This document shows positions 10,804 to 23,700 of a stretch of DNA of 64,000 nt, piece by piece. The stretch is taken from the NCBI GenBank assembly GCA_030704615.1, contig CM060731.1:68014001-68078000 (forward strand), in the 5' to 3' direction. Both the position numbers and the translations under genes were made by a program. The notes beneath the pieces are model-generated. The model was not told where the DNA came from, searched no databases, and was given only the letters and a program-made list of their open reading frames with translations. The stretch comes from Takakia lepidozioides. Taxonomy: Eukaryota; Plantae; Bryophyta. The stretch's first letter is position 1. Every line of letters starts with the position of its first letter.

Positions 10804-11997
10804 ATGGGGTTTGATGACGATAGGGTGCACGTAAGACGAGATACCATGTTCCAGGCAGCTCGAGTGCTTCCAGAGCGTCCGAAGGATGGGCGGGGGGGGT
10901 TGGATGTGTCAGTGTCGAGTGGTGGTGAAGCAGGGCAGGATGTGGTTGAGAAATTTGTGCTGGATAAGCAGCATATTATAGATCCCAAGCTGCTGTTTGT
11001 TGGACCGAAAATTGGAGAGGGAGCGCACGGAAAGGTTTATGAGGGGAAGTATTACGACCAGAGGGTGGCTGTGAAGATCCTGCAGCCAGCGCAGTCGCCT
11101 GAGGATGCTGCCAAGATTGAGTCGGGGTTTGCTAGAGAGGTGGATATGTTGTCGAGGGTAAAGCATCGGAATCTTGTGAAGTTTATTGGCGCTTGTAAGG
11201 AGCCGGTGATGGTGATAGTGACGGAGCTGATGGAGGGGAGGTCGTTGAAGAAGTACATGCTTGGGTTACGGCCGAAGCTGTTGGATCTGAGGTGCTCGGT
11301 GAGCTTCGCGCTTGACGTTGCGCAGGCGATGGATTGTCTCCACGGGAATGGCATCATTCATCGCGATCTCAAGCCTGACAACCTCTTGCTCACAGCCGAT
11401 CAGAAGACGGTGAAGCTGGTGGACTTCGGGCTTGCTCGGGAGGAAACTTTGACGGAGATGATGACAGCGGAGACGGGAACGTATCGATGGATGGCTCCTG
11501 AGCTCTACAGCACTGTGACGTTGCGTCATGGGGAGAAGAAGCACTACAATCACAAGGTGGATGTGTACAGTTTTGCGATGGTTCTATGGGAGCTTTTGAC
11601 AAATCGGATGCCCTTCGAGGGTATGTCCAACCTGCAAGCCGCCTACGCTGCCGCCTTCAAGAAAGTAAGGCCCAACATATCTGACAACCTTCCTGAGGAT
11701 CTGGTGTTCATTCTGCAGTCTTGCTGGGCCGAAGACCCCGACGTGCGACCGAACTTCGCGCAGGTGGTTCGGATGTTGACTACATTCCTTTGCACTCTTC
11801 CAGACCCAGAGAAGACATCCTTCGAGAAGACTGCCCCAGAGCCCGTGGTGGTTACTAAAAGCGTTGTTTCGTCCATTAGTGACTCTGCGGTCGACAACCC
11901 TGCAATTGAAGCAAATGTCGGGGAAGTCGGCATATCCTCAAAGTCAACGAGGATGTTCTTCTGTTTCGGTAATTGTTTCCCGTCCGGGAATGTGTGA
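10804..11997 (+). CDS. Raf-like (group C) STY protein kinase, ATN1/STY13-like, intronless, 397 aa
   Basis: All kinase motifs are intact: IGEGAHGKVY, VAVK, HRDLKPDN, DFG. The ETGTYRWMAPELYSTVTLRHGEKKHYNHKVDVYSF stretch is diagnostic of the ATN1 clade. C-terminal FFCFGNCF; AATAAA at ~12153. Confidence 0.96.
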   Translation: MGFDDDRVHVRRDTMFQAARVLPERPKDGRGGLDVSVSSGGEAGQDVVEKFVLDKQHIIDPKLLFVGPKIGEGAHGKVYEGKYYDQRVAVKILQPAQSPEDAAKIESGFAREVDMLSRVKHRNLVKFIGACKEPVMVIVTELMEGRSLKKYMLGLRPKLLDLRCSVSFALDVAQAMDCLHGNGIIHRDLKPDNLLLTADQKTVKLVDFGLAREETLTEMMTAETGTYRWMAPELYSTVTLRHGEKKHYNHKVDVYSFAMVLWELLTNRMPFEGMSNLQAAYAAAFKKVRPNISDNLPEDLVFILQSCWAEDPDVRPNFAQVVRMLTTFLCTLPDPEKTSFEKTAPEPVVVTKSVVSSISDSAVDNPAIEANVGEVGISSKSTRMFFCFGNCFPSGNV

Positions 11998-14709
11998 TTG
12001 TCTCACATCAGCCGCTGCACAAGTATGATCAGTAATCTTAGCCCGATTTCTTTTGTATTTGCAGCAGGGTGTGAGCTCCCGGGAGTCTGAGCGACTGGAC
12101 CCCCCCCCCCCCCCGGGTGCGTAATAGTAGACGCAATTTGTGAACCCAGCCCAATAAAAGCTTTATTTTCTCTCACGACAGATGAAGAAGGAAATGCAAG
12201 CCTCGATAGGTCCTTGAGACCAGCCCTGGCTCAGATTATGCGTCAGCTATTACAGACATGCAGCTTGTACTCCTTCAAATCAACAATTGTGGGACGACCT
12301 CTGCGCTGCATTTACATCTGAGACACAGTTACGTATCAACCAAAACATGGTCTGTTTTACCTCGCTTCCTATGGTGATTCGCCAGCAGCGGGGACGGAGC
12401 CCAAAGGAATCTGGAAATTTGAGAACAGAGCGAGCTGAGTCTTCCACCTCAATTAAGCTGCTAAAATTTGCACGAGACAGCACCTCCAAGCAATTCTGGG
12501 ACTCCAAAATGGGGATTCAGAGGATGGTAGGGCTCTGGCTGTGGTGATGATATTGAGTGTGCTTCTTTGGTTTTCGGATCCTCAAGCCTCCACTTCAAGC
12601 ATGTACACTACAGGAAGCAGCTGAGGTCTCCTTTTATCACAGCAATCCCGGCTGAGGTGCTTTGGGAGTAGAACGAGGGCACCCAGGAACACACCCAGGA
12701 GGGTGAAGGGGAGCTCATCTGTGTAGGTCGGTTTTAGGTTCATCTGTGGGTTAACAGCTGCGCTAGACGAAGCTCTTTCAGATGGGAAAGCAAGGTGAAG
12801 CTCAGAGCTTCCTCTATTTAATTTGGGCGCTGTCAGTTTGTGTTTTCTACCTTGGTATTTGTGATATCTGTTAACATCATATACCCTCTTCAGTTATCTC
12901 ATTGAAAGCTTTTATGTGTGCAGATACTTGACCGCCATAGCCTGTCGAGCCGCCGTCAAAAGACAGCTTTGGAGTGATGTCATCAAGTGCCAGCCAGAGA
13001 GCCCCCAGAAATTTGCAATCCAGTCAGCTGGGAAACTTGTACCCTGGAATCATGCTCTCCTAGAGGAGCTCAGATACCCAAGTTCGCCTCATAATCCTCA
13101 CAGTGGAAACAGCGCCCATGCAGCTTTCTTAATGCAGCAGGAATAGAAAAGAAAGGATTGGTGGGGAAGCTAGTAGGAAGTCTTTCAGTCCACCATGGCT
13201 TGTATAGTTGGTATTTCACATTCCTGCCAGACCCAATCTAAGTGAGGGTGGATTCATTGATTGTATCTGTAAAGCCTTTTTGAACAGATGACGGCCTCCA
13301 CACTTTTTCTAGATGAATGTTTGAGAGTGAGTAGATATGCTCTCTGCTGCGGTGAAAGTACCATGTTAGTACATAGGCAGAGCTATGAGTCTCATTGCAG
13401 TTGCAGAAGCTTTTACTTTTCAGGTGCATTGCTGCCCTAGGGTAGTTAGCCACTTGAGATCAGAGGAGAGTAAACAGATTGAGATTGCAAAACATTTGTT
13501 GGAGCTCACTGGCTATGGATTGCATAAGAATATGGTTTGCTTGAAAGAAGCTCATTTGCAATGTCATCTTGCCAATTCAGTGCAGCTGTCAGGAGAGTTC
13601 AGCTGAGAAACATTTTTGAGTAGTGGACGAAATGTAGATGTTATTTGTCCCTTCTTCACAAAGGACCCATTGAAGCCCTAAGCAGAAGTTGCCAGTACAG
13701 AATTGGGGGCTTGTAAGGGCCATTTGAGGGTTGCCAGGAATGGAGTGGACCTTCCCTGCTTGATTAGCTCTAAACCCAATTTTCTCTCAAACCCTGAAGG
13801 TGGCAGAGTGCAGAAATGCAGAAAAGCTGAACTTCTGAAATCCTTCACCCCCCTGCATCAGAGATGTACCATAATCTTGTCTGAACTCCTGAGACAGTGG
13901 GCCAACATCATTCCTGTGGAATTTGGACTGAAATATCTGCCAAGGAAGCAAGCAGACACTTTTCATGCTCCAAAGATTCCAGTTCCTAAGGAATGCCATG
14001 AAATTTAGGTGAAGTAGTTATGAACACGATTCAGTTCAAGGGTGAAATTTGTACATCTGGAAACGGTTTGGTTATGAGTAAGATTTTAGTGAAGGGTGAC
14101 AATGGTGGACGGCCAAAGCTTCTTGAAGTATGTAGAGGTTCTCTGTGGACGGAATTTGGATTACCAACACAATGTCTGTTTCATGAAATGGCTACAGACT
14201 GTTGGATGATTGACACACTGCACCCTAACTGTATGAAGATGGCCTGCTTCTTGCGTAAGAATTGAACTGTCAACTGTGTGATCCGGCACTGTGGTAGAGA
14301 GACAGCTTGGGTTTGCAGTAACAAGGTGCCCAAGATATGCAGAGGCGGTTGAACATCTACTCCGCAGTGCTTGTTAGAGCTCTGGAATGCATTGTAAGGA
14401 TTTTGTGCTATGTGAAGCAGCAACAGCTATGACACTTGAGATTGAGGAAGGTTTAAATTCTATGCGCTGGGGGGCTAGAGCGCTGCAGGAATTATATCTT
14501 CACAGGAACGGATACCGAGTATTTCTCTCTGGGGGGTTGTCCTTCAGTCCCTTATTCCCAGCTTCCGTTAGGCCTGAAGCTTCGTCCCTCCGTCGTTCTC
14601 TTTTGAGACTCGTCCGTATTATCAGAGCAATTCCAGTGGCAGCCAACTCAGCTGTCCCGCCTTTCAGCTTAAAATCTCAATGCGGCAGCACCAGGAGAAG
14701 ACTGCAAGA

Positions 14710-17700
14710 ATGGAGTATGAGCAGCTTCAGGCCAGCACCTTGGTCACTGCTGCAGTAATAGCCCACCTCACCAATGTTCGCGTGCCTCAGCTCATCATAT
14801 TCAAGGAGGTCTGTTCTCCGTACTTTCTTTCTCGGGGCAGGCTTTTGTCATCTACCAAATATACCTGTGTATTTTTTCTGTAGAGATTTTGGGGGTCTGG
14901 TGAATTGTAGAATTGCCTAGAATCATCGTCTGGAAATCAAATCAATGTCGTCAATCGCTCGGTGATTATAATTGTAGGAGATTGATGATTAGTCATGCTC
15001 CCCCACATTGTTTTAACGCTGGCCTGTATCAGTTTGATCTTTTAGGTTATCATTTGCTATTTGAACATATCGGACAGGTGACGATGGAGGTGTGGGAGGT
15101 GGAGGTGACAAAGCAAACTAAGGTGGCCAGTTTAGAGCTCGAGACCGCGGTTATACACTGCTGTGTTCTGCAAGGCGACACTGTATACCTAGCGAATGCT
15201 GACGGCCTTGACTCACTTGTGGCAAGGATCTCATTCCTTCAGATTATAGATATTGCCGGTTTTAGCTCAGGTCGTGCAGATGACATTGTATATAGAAATC
15301 CACAACTGTATTGTCTGCTGGTACATTATTGGCACCATGCAGTCCCTCTTGTCTACATGTTCCTGCACTGCTCGTCAAACCGTCTCCTTTTGATAAATGT
15401 GAGTGAAGAGTAAAGGTGATGTTCAATGCTTGGTTGTTCAGACAATACGGCTCAAGTAGCCAAGAATGGCAGGTGACAGATGGTACTGGGGGCTTAGCTG
15501 CACTGAAGTGGAATGAAGAGTTGTCCACGATCCAGGAAATAGGACCCATTGAGGTCCTTGGTCCAGAGTTCCAGAAACTTTCTGCTCGGCTGCCAGTCCA
15601 TCCCCTGCTCTCTTGGCCTTTGTGTCTTCCCTATAAAGCGTCACTTTTGGGAAAGTCCCAAGACAAACCATCTGATGGCACCGAACAACACAACTCAGCT
15701 GAGAAGATAGTAAGTTAAACAAGGACCACTGTTCTATTCTAATCTCATGAGCTTGACTATATCTCTACTCCATCTACTACATAGGTTTGCTTTCCTACCA
15801 TCGTATAATTTCATTCTTTTCATTCAGCAAACACAAGCATCCGTGTGGTCCATTCAATGATCCATGTCATTTCCGTAAGCATCCATGAGGTATTGAGCGG
15901 TTGCTGTTATATGGGCCCTCATGCCAATTCTGTGGGCCCAATGGCCTGATCCTAGGACGTCCATGTCCATTGGATGGTGGAACCTCATTATGAAGACTTT
16001 GTGGACCCCCTGCTGGCAGGCTAAAGGAATCACGCTGGTAGCATTGACTCTATTTGAGGGATTGCTGGAAGTGCTTTCTCTGGAATGGATACTGCTCAAT
16101 CCAGTCAGCAAGGGCCAGATGGACAGCATTCGAGTGTGTGCAGTTCCAAAACCAAGGCCGTCTCTCATACCCAGATTTTGTCTCCACTTCCTGCTATTGC
16201 AAGAGAGCACTGTGGTCACCAGCGTTACACGGCCACAGACAAGCACCAGCACTGTCAAGGGGCTAGCCTTTGTTGGGGCAAACGCAGGAGCAGGATATGG
16301 AGCTCTGGATGTGAAGGGGCGTCCGTTGCTGGTGGTGCTGTCTTCCGAGGAGGGTAATTAATTTCTGTTTGCTTGGCCAACAGCATTAGTCTCCTATGCA
16401 CTTGAAAGTGCTATTACCTTTTACTTTCTTCCAGTCTACATTAGGGTCTTTGCTCACTTTCTTACTTGGTTGTGAATTAGAGAATCAAGTTATGTATTTT
16501 TATACACTGCAGGACAACAACAGTTTGTTCCAGTATTGATTGTAGATTGGATTGGCCCTTACTGAAGATGTAGGATAATTTTTGACTGCTCCCTGGCTAT
16601 GACATATCGTTCAGGTTATGGTTCCAAAGGGATAATTGTACCCATCATGGAGGCAATCGTGAGGTTGTTAGCAGGGTATACCATGGGAGAGGATGATAAT
16701 TTGTATTTTCTTACTGGTTGAAATGTATGCAAGGCTGATGCAGGTCTAGCGCACCATGTGTTGCAGTTGCAGTGTTACGCTTTGGACTTGCCATCCAATC
16801 AGCTTCAATCTGGCCCTTGGGAAATTAGGTGTGTTCAGTTTAAGATAATCAACATGGTAAAAGTCATACAATATGGAATACATGTAGTTTCAGTCTGTGA
16901 GCTTCTGCTGTAGCTATCACGTTACACCAATTCCTCTTCCACAACAGCTATGGCCTCTTGGGCACTACCTTTTGATATATGGCTAGATTTTAATGAAACA
17001 TCCTTCCTGTTGGCTCGATGGATTTGTCTCTCTCGTTTGCATTTCTAAGGAAATAACCAGCTTGTATTCCCTATGTATGCCATTTACACATACAAACTTC
17101 CATTGGGACACCAGCTGCCCATAGGTACTCTACCAACATGAGCATAGATCATTTCACACATTATATGTTTGTAGTCAAGGTATCAGGTATATAAGTAGGG
17201 AGGTAGTCCTTGAGGTCATAAGACTCCATGATGTTTCCCTTGATAGGAATTTGCACCCAACCACAACACTGTTGCTTCCCTGGGCTTTTTCGGGCTCTCT
17301 GGACTCGCTAAGTATGGCTCTTCCAGAGAAGACGGTAGCTGAGACAGGATTGAAGCCTGGGCTGGGAGTGCTTGCCATCTCGAGCTTCAGCATCATGTTT
17401 GTTGAGTCGAGTGGACGGCAGGCATCATTAGGTTTCTTGCTGGAGGGTCTTCCAACCTGCTGTGATGTACTCGGTCAGCACCACTTGGTATGTTCTCTAT
17501 ATGTTACACTGCATCCTGTGCCTTCCCAGTATCATCACTATCAGTACATCTACTTCTTGTCATCACACATGGGATCTAGGAATTGATGGTTCTTAAATGG
17601 ATAGGCCGCTGGTTGCATTTCATCAAAACACTCCTCCCTGAAGACACGTTAAATTTCTTATTTCCTGGAGTCTTCATCTTCTCCTTTTTTGTTCTGTTCT

Positions 17701-20700
17701 TTCCAGGGATGGGTCTGCGACCAGAGGGCTCCAGCAATTTATGTCTCCTACATCTGTCACACACTGAACACGTTTACTGCTAACAGAAGTAATGGTTAAT
17801 GTTATTAGAAGGCAGTGGCGGCAGTGGCCGTTGATACTTGTATGATACTGTGACCTAGTTTTCTCTCTATGAGATCCTGAATCACAGACCTCTCTTTACC
17901 TGTATGCTGAGTATGACCCTTTCACTGTCCTACGAGTACCGCCGCATTTGGTCTGATCCATCACAGCTGAATGTTTGCAACCTTGCTATCATGGGAACTC
18001 TGTTCAATCTAAACTTTAGACTTTTGAGTCCTTTTTGCAGAACCATTTGAGTAGCCTTGCAAAGAGAGACTCTCGGCATAGATCTCGATCTTCATGGTGG
18101 GGGATATGATCATGCTCCTGATTGCTGTAGTCGTTGCTTGAAGGTTATTGGTGACAGCAGTGGAGCGCTCCACATTCTTGACTTGACTAAATGGCACCAG
18201 CACAGCCTTCAAAGACTTGTAATGGATACCCCGCTGTTGCTGACACGGGTAACCAGCCCTACCTTCAACGCTCAGTGGAATTGCCAAAAGAGATACAAGG
18301 CTAGATTGTGCTCGATCAACTAAGTGGGCTTGCAAAGGAATCCTAGTGAGAACTAATGGGAGGAAAATATGAAGACCAGACCTAACTTATTTGCCTGTGT
18401 ACTCTTTGAGGTCAGATTATGCTGCATATCGGGATTGCGAGTTCTCCCTCTCCCAACGTATTGGAGGCAAATACTTGCACCCACGGATCTTACCTGCTCT
18501 TTATATCTGGGCAAGGGGGTGACTCCCAACTGCTTTGTCTCTCATCTATCCCTGAGCTTTTGGATGATGACAGCCTCTCTCGGACACTTGATGAGCCATT
18601 CTGTCAGACGTCAATCAATGAAGAGAATTCATGCAGTGTGTTGGAAAACACACGGCAAGAGGGTGGGGTAACTTGGAATGCAGTAGTGATACCAGTGGAA
18701 AATGGGTTATTGCAAAACTTTGCCCCTGTTCGTGACATGGTTGTGGTGCAAGATCCTGGACGCAGCCTGGATCCAATTTTGCTTTTGGCTTGTGGCACGA
18801 CTCCAACGTCTACTCTTCGCAGGGGGAGCCTGATTACTTCTTTCCACTTGCACACAATGATGGATGCAAAGGTGTGTGATCCCTTATTCTCACCTGTCAG
18901 TGGTATTTCCTTGTCAATCCTCTTCAGCTTGTTCGTTCCAAAATAAATGATGAGGGAATCCTTGTTCAAAGTCAAGCATCTGGTGGTCAGGCCTGTGTGT
19001 TAACGAAAAATGATAAACAACACAACGAAGGCTTGGCAGTGAGCAGGTGGCCCGATCTGCAGTGCTACTTCTACAAGTTTCATAAGAGCAGAAATCTCCT
19101 CCATACTCAAAGGTCGTAGAAGAGTGCATTTATCTGACTTTTGTTATTGTAGCCTACCTAAGAAATGCAGAGGAATGCTATCCTCACCTTGCCTAAAGAT
19201 CGAACATGTGAAGGCCCGTGAGATAGTCCTTTGGACGATGCCCAGTAGCGGCTGAGGCACGCACTTGTGAAGACCAAAAATGCTTTGCAGCTTACTTTCA
19301 TGAGGTTGTCTGTCTGATAGTAAGAATTCAGGCCTGTTTTCCTCTCCCACATGGCTGAAGTCTCCCACATGTCCACAGCCATTGAGCTTCGTCTCTCATT
19401 TCCATCAGCTGATGGGTGGGTGTGCCCCTCATCAAACACGGGTAATTTTCATTTTGAAATCAGTCTGTGCACTACGTCCAGGTAATGCATTTAACCAATT
19501 GGCTAGTGCCCACAAATACACTATGAACCCTAGTCCAAACCAGACAGTTGTCAAGGGTGCCTGTATTTATCAATTTGACCTCCGTTTTAGTAAATAATAA
19601 TCTGTATCCACTGTTTCCTACAATAGGTTGCTTCCCTGTCAGATATTTAGCACATCTGTGACCTATTATTCAAGGCCCTGAGTTGAAGTGACTCTGGGAG
19701 TTGGATGAACCACTTCCGAGTAAGTTATTCCTCTCTGAACATTGCAGTCACCCTACCACATCATGCTCTGAACATGCCGCCTCAGCCCGTTTGCATGGTT
19801 GAACTCAAAATGGCCACATGCATGAATTAAAAATGTTTGACGATTCTTTTTGGTGCTATAGATAAAGGGGCTGTCACAATTGCTGCCATTTTGCAACGAC
19901 TGGGAATCCAAGTACCAAACACACCTTGTTGTCTCATACATTGGCCAGGTAAAAATGGATGCTGTCCTAACCCTAAACTGTCAATTCATAACTATGCTAC
20001 TGGGGGTGGAAAAATCAACCCCTTCCATTTTCTCTGGTCGCAGGAGCAACGGAGAGAATGGGCAAGGAAAAGAGAGAAACATCTCTCTCTCAGAGGGATG
20101 TTACTTCTTACAATGCTTCCCTACGACCAAACAATCAGAGTGTCAAATTCAGAAGACTAGAGTATGCCTGTGACTTGAAGATTATGCGTAACCTGCCCAG
20201 TTCTGATCTCAATGATTATGTTTGATAAATGAGAGATTTACTCATTGTAGTGATGAGAAAAGAGGAATAATCATAGGAACATTAAAATGTTCACAGGAAG
20301 TGCAAATAGCTTATTGGACAAAAACAAAAGGATGGAGGGGGATTCTTACATCCAAAGGGAGCCTGGAGGGTGTATGGGGGGCCGATATATTTCAGAGAAA
20401 TAAGCTGGCTAATCCAGTTCATCATCTGGGTTCCCAGGATATGAGCGAGGTACTTACCCTTGAGGGTGTGAAATCTGGTGAGGAATGTATGGTTGGATTT
20501 GAACGAAGGCAGTGCACGCTTGCTATCTCTTCCATGCCTGGGGGATGGCTTGTGCAGGTTGTGTTACACTCTACATTTTTCCAAATGATTAGAGAGTTCT
20601 GTATTGTTTTTTATTGACTAACAATGTTTGTGCACCTCATCCCCCTCCCTACCTTCACTTCCAGTCTCCACTATGGGTGGACAACCATGGAAGAAATTGT

Positions 20701-23700
20701 CCTACATTAGCTAAATGTGTCATAGGAGCGTGTGAGATGTGGGTAGTGAGTAAGTACGTAATCTACTGCACAAGAGAAAGCATGAGTCTTTGGAAGGAGT
20801 TGCGGTTGTATTTTGCTCCTGAACTTGTAAATGGTATTCTGAACAGATCACGCGGGTTTCTTTGAGGGTCCTGAGCAACACCCACTCCAGGATATTGCGA
20901 GCAGAATGGGTGCCGGCCAACTCATTATTCCCACCACAGAACCAGATCCACCATGCCGCTATCAGTTTCGAAGGAACTGTTGTGGCTAGGAGTGCGTCTG
21001 TACACAGTGTACAATTGGATGGCCTGGGTGTTCCCCATACTATCAGCACCAATAACAGATCGCATCAGGTATTGCAAGTATAGAATCCACCATGAATTCC
21101 TCAATATCCTCAATATTCCACTTGCCACTCAATGTTACATTCGCGTTTCAAAATCGCAGCCCTCTCCAAGTGAGATTTTGGCTGTGTGGGAACATTTTCT
21201 ATTTGGTATGGTCTATGGCTTCAAGGCTGGAGCGCTAGTGGAGATCACTAGTGATATCCTTCTGTGGAGATAATAAATTTCTAGATTCTTTGTTCCTTCT
21301 TTCTTCTTTTCTCGCGACAATAGAATCTTGAGACCAAATTACCTTTCAGCATCCTTATCTCCTTCCCTCCTGAGGGCATTGGGGCGGTTCAGGGTGGGTT
21401 CCCACAACCTACGGATAGAGACTGGCAGATGGGAAAACCTGCAACGGGAGGACCGCCTATGTCCAGCTTGCATAGGGCGCAGCCAGGAAATCGAAACTGA
21501 AGCACACTTCTTCTTCTACTGCCCTCTATACTACGAGATCCGTGGGAGATTCCACTGTTTATTCAGTGGAACCCAAACTCTCACTGATGTCTTCCACTAT
21601 GAGGATCAAAAATGCTTGGCAGCCTACCTGCACGAGGCCTTCACCCTTCGACATTCGCTAGAACATTAATTGTGGTTTCTGGACTTGTTCCTCTCTCATG
21701 TTTCCATTTTGTCCCATAAGCTCTATGAGCTTTCTGCGGACGTTATAAAGTACCATTTCATTTCATTTCATTTCTCTCATAAAGTTCCTTTCTTTCTTGC
21801 CATAAGCTCTTTGAGCTTTCTGCGCACGTTATAAAGTACCATTTCATTTCATTCCTTTTGTTCAGGTTGTCAAGGGTCAATTGTTTAGGTCTGGCGTTCA
21901 ACGGCTCTCTTTCTCAGTGGCCCAACTTGCCACAACTTGTAGATGACATCTGAGATGTAAGAAGTAGAATAGTTTGACCTGAAGGAGTCAGGTAAGTGTG
22001 AAGGATGTCCTCTGCAGCAATACAATGGTGTTTGAATGATGCAGGTATCAGCGCTTGGGATTTTCTGTGTTGGAGATCCTCATAGCTTGAGCAGAGAACT
22101 TTTAGTGGTGGTGGGGCAATGGACCTCTAATACAGTTCATGTGTTGTCTTGGCCAAATCTGGTGTGCGTTCTCTCACTTTTCGGAGTTCTTTCTTCTCGT
22201 ACTTTTGTTCTTTGGGTGGGGGGGCGCGGGGTTTGTTGTCTCCCAGTAATTTTCCTTGACATGAGGGTAAGGCGCATCCTGATGCCTTTTTCCTTGTTTG
22301 CCATGATACCCAATCCCTCACCAAGGTCATCCTGGCCTGTGGATTACATGCTTGCACTTAACCTGGCTGTGCATCTGCTCTTCGAGCAACATCTGTAGCT
22401 TGCATTTCTTTCATTCTGTTTCTCCTTTCTTTGGGCAGCCTGACTTGCCTTGGCACATCTTGGCTGCACTGGGGCCTAGAGCAGCACGTATGGAATAAAG
22501 ATTGTGTTTTCTGGCATGAGTACCTTACTCAAATGTCACAGTTGTTGTTCATGCCAGCTGTATTGAAGCTCAATTCTGCAAGTGTCACTCTACGGTTCTG
22601 GTGTTTGTGATATCCTCGTGTGAGTTGCTTCTGATCAACTGCATGCAAATCGTAGTGGCTGAAGAGCTGGACGAGTTGAGGTTAGTCCCAGACTCATGGA
22701 GATGCTCTTGCTTATGTAATCTGGCTGCAGGAGGAGCTTGTTTCCGTGGAGGCCTGCACAGCACCAGTCCGCTGTGTTGCGATGGCAAGCCTTCAAAAAA
22801 CAATCTACATTTTTGCTGGAACTGCAGATGGAAACCTCATTTTTCATCAGATGATGGACAGCAACAGTAGACAAAGCCAGGACCAGGCTAGCCTTAATAT
22901 TATGTCAGAGGACCTAGAAGCATGGGAGAGCAGAGGCATGCACAACACGAGCAAAACCGTTGTAAACTCTTTGCATCAAGGCATTGAGGATGTCATTCTG
23001 ACTTCGCAGAAAGATGGTGTCAAACCACCTCGATTTAAATTAATGCATGGAAAGATGGTGAAAGTTGGATCAAGTGTGGTGTCTCTTGAGTTTGGTTGCT
23101 TTCGTGGCTATGAAATTGGTGCTGGTCAGCAGGGCCAGGAGTGTCTCTATGTGTGGACTGACCACAGTATGGTATTGCTTCCTCAAGGGAGGGGAAATTT
23201 CCAGGCGGTGTGTCTGCACAACCTCAGCCATGGTGTCGAGCGATCGACAAGGTCCTCTCTCTCCACTTTCTCTCCTCACCCTGCACACAGCCCAGAGTGA
23301 TGCTTCCTGTGCCCTGCATATCCCCAAGCATGTCATTTCTGTGGTGAACGCAGGGGTAAAAAACTAAAATCAATAACTCTGCAACCGGGCTGTCGAGTTT
23401 GCATGTGGACAAGTGCCTCTGTGAGCACCTTAATGGCAGTTGCGGGAACATAAGTTTGTACCTGCAGCTGAGCCACGGGGATAAGCAAAACCCTAGTGGG
23501 TGCGAACCCCACAAAAGGCTCCAGGAGGGTTAGTTTCCTGCAGGCTCAATGGCCATGAGGCTATGGCAAGCCAACGTTCGCAGGGAAGGACATGAGTACA
23601 TTCTCTACTTTCTCTTGGGCCCCTTGTGGATGTCAGTTTCTCACGTAATTCAGTTTTGTTGTTCTATTTCTCTCTTGGCCTCCCACAGACGTAATAAGGT

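Noticed and set aside
10909-11933. Several minus-strand ORFs over the kinase
   Set aside because: Antisense shadows of a GC-rich CDS.
12000-14500. Possible extra gene or kinase/DDB1-like bicistron
   Set aside because: Only short ORFs with no recognisable motifs. A TATA-like/CpG-rich stretch at ~14460-14620 suggests the DDB1-like gene has its own promoter.
15221-15227. Possible GC-AG intron donor (GTG|GCAAGG) in the DDB1-like gene
   Set aside because: It gives a plausible joined peptide (DSLV|VTDG), but the donor is weak and cannot be confirmed without transcripts.
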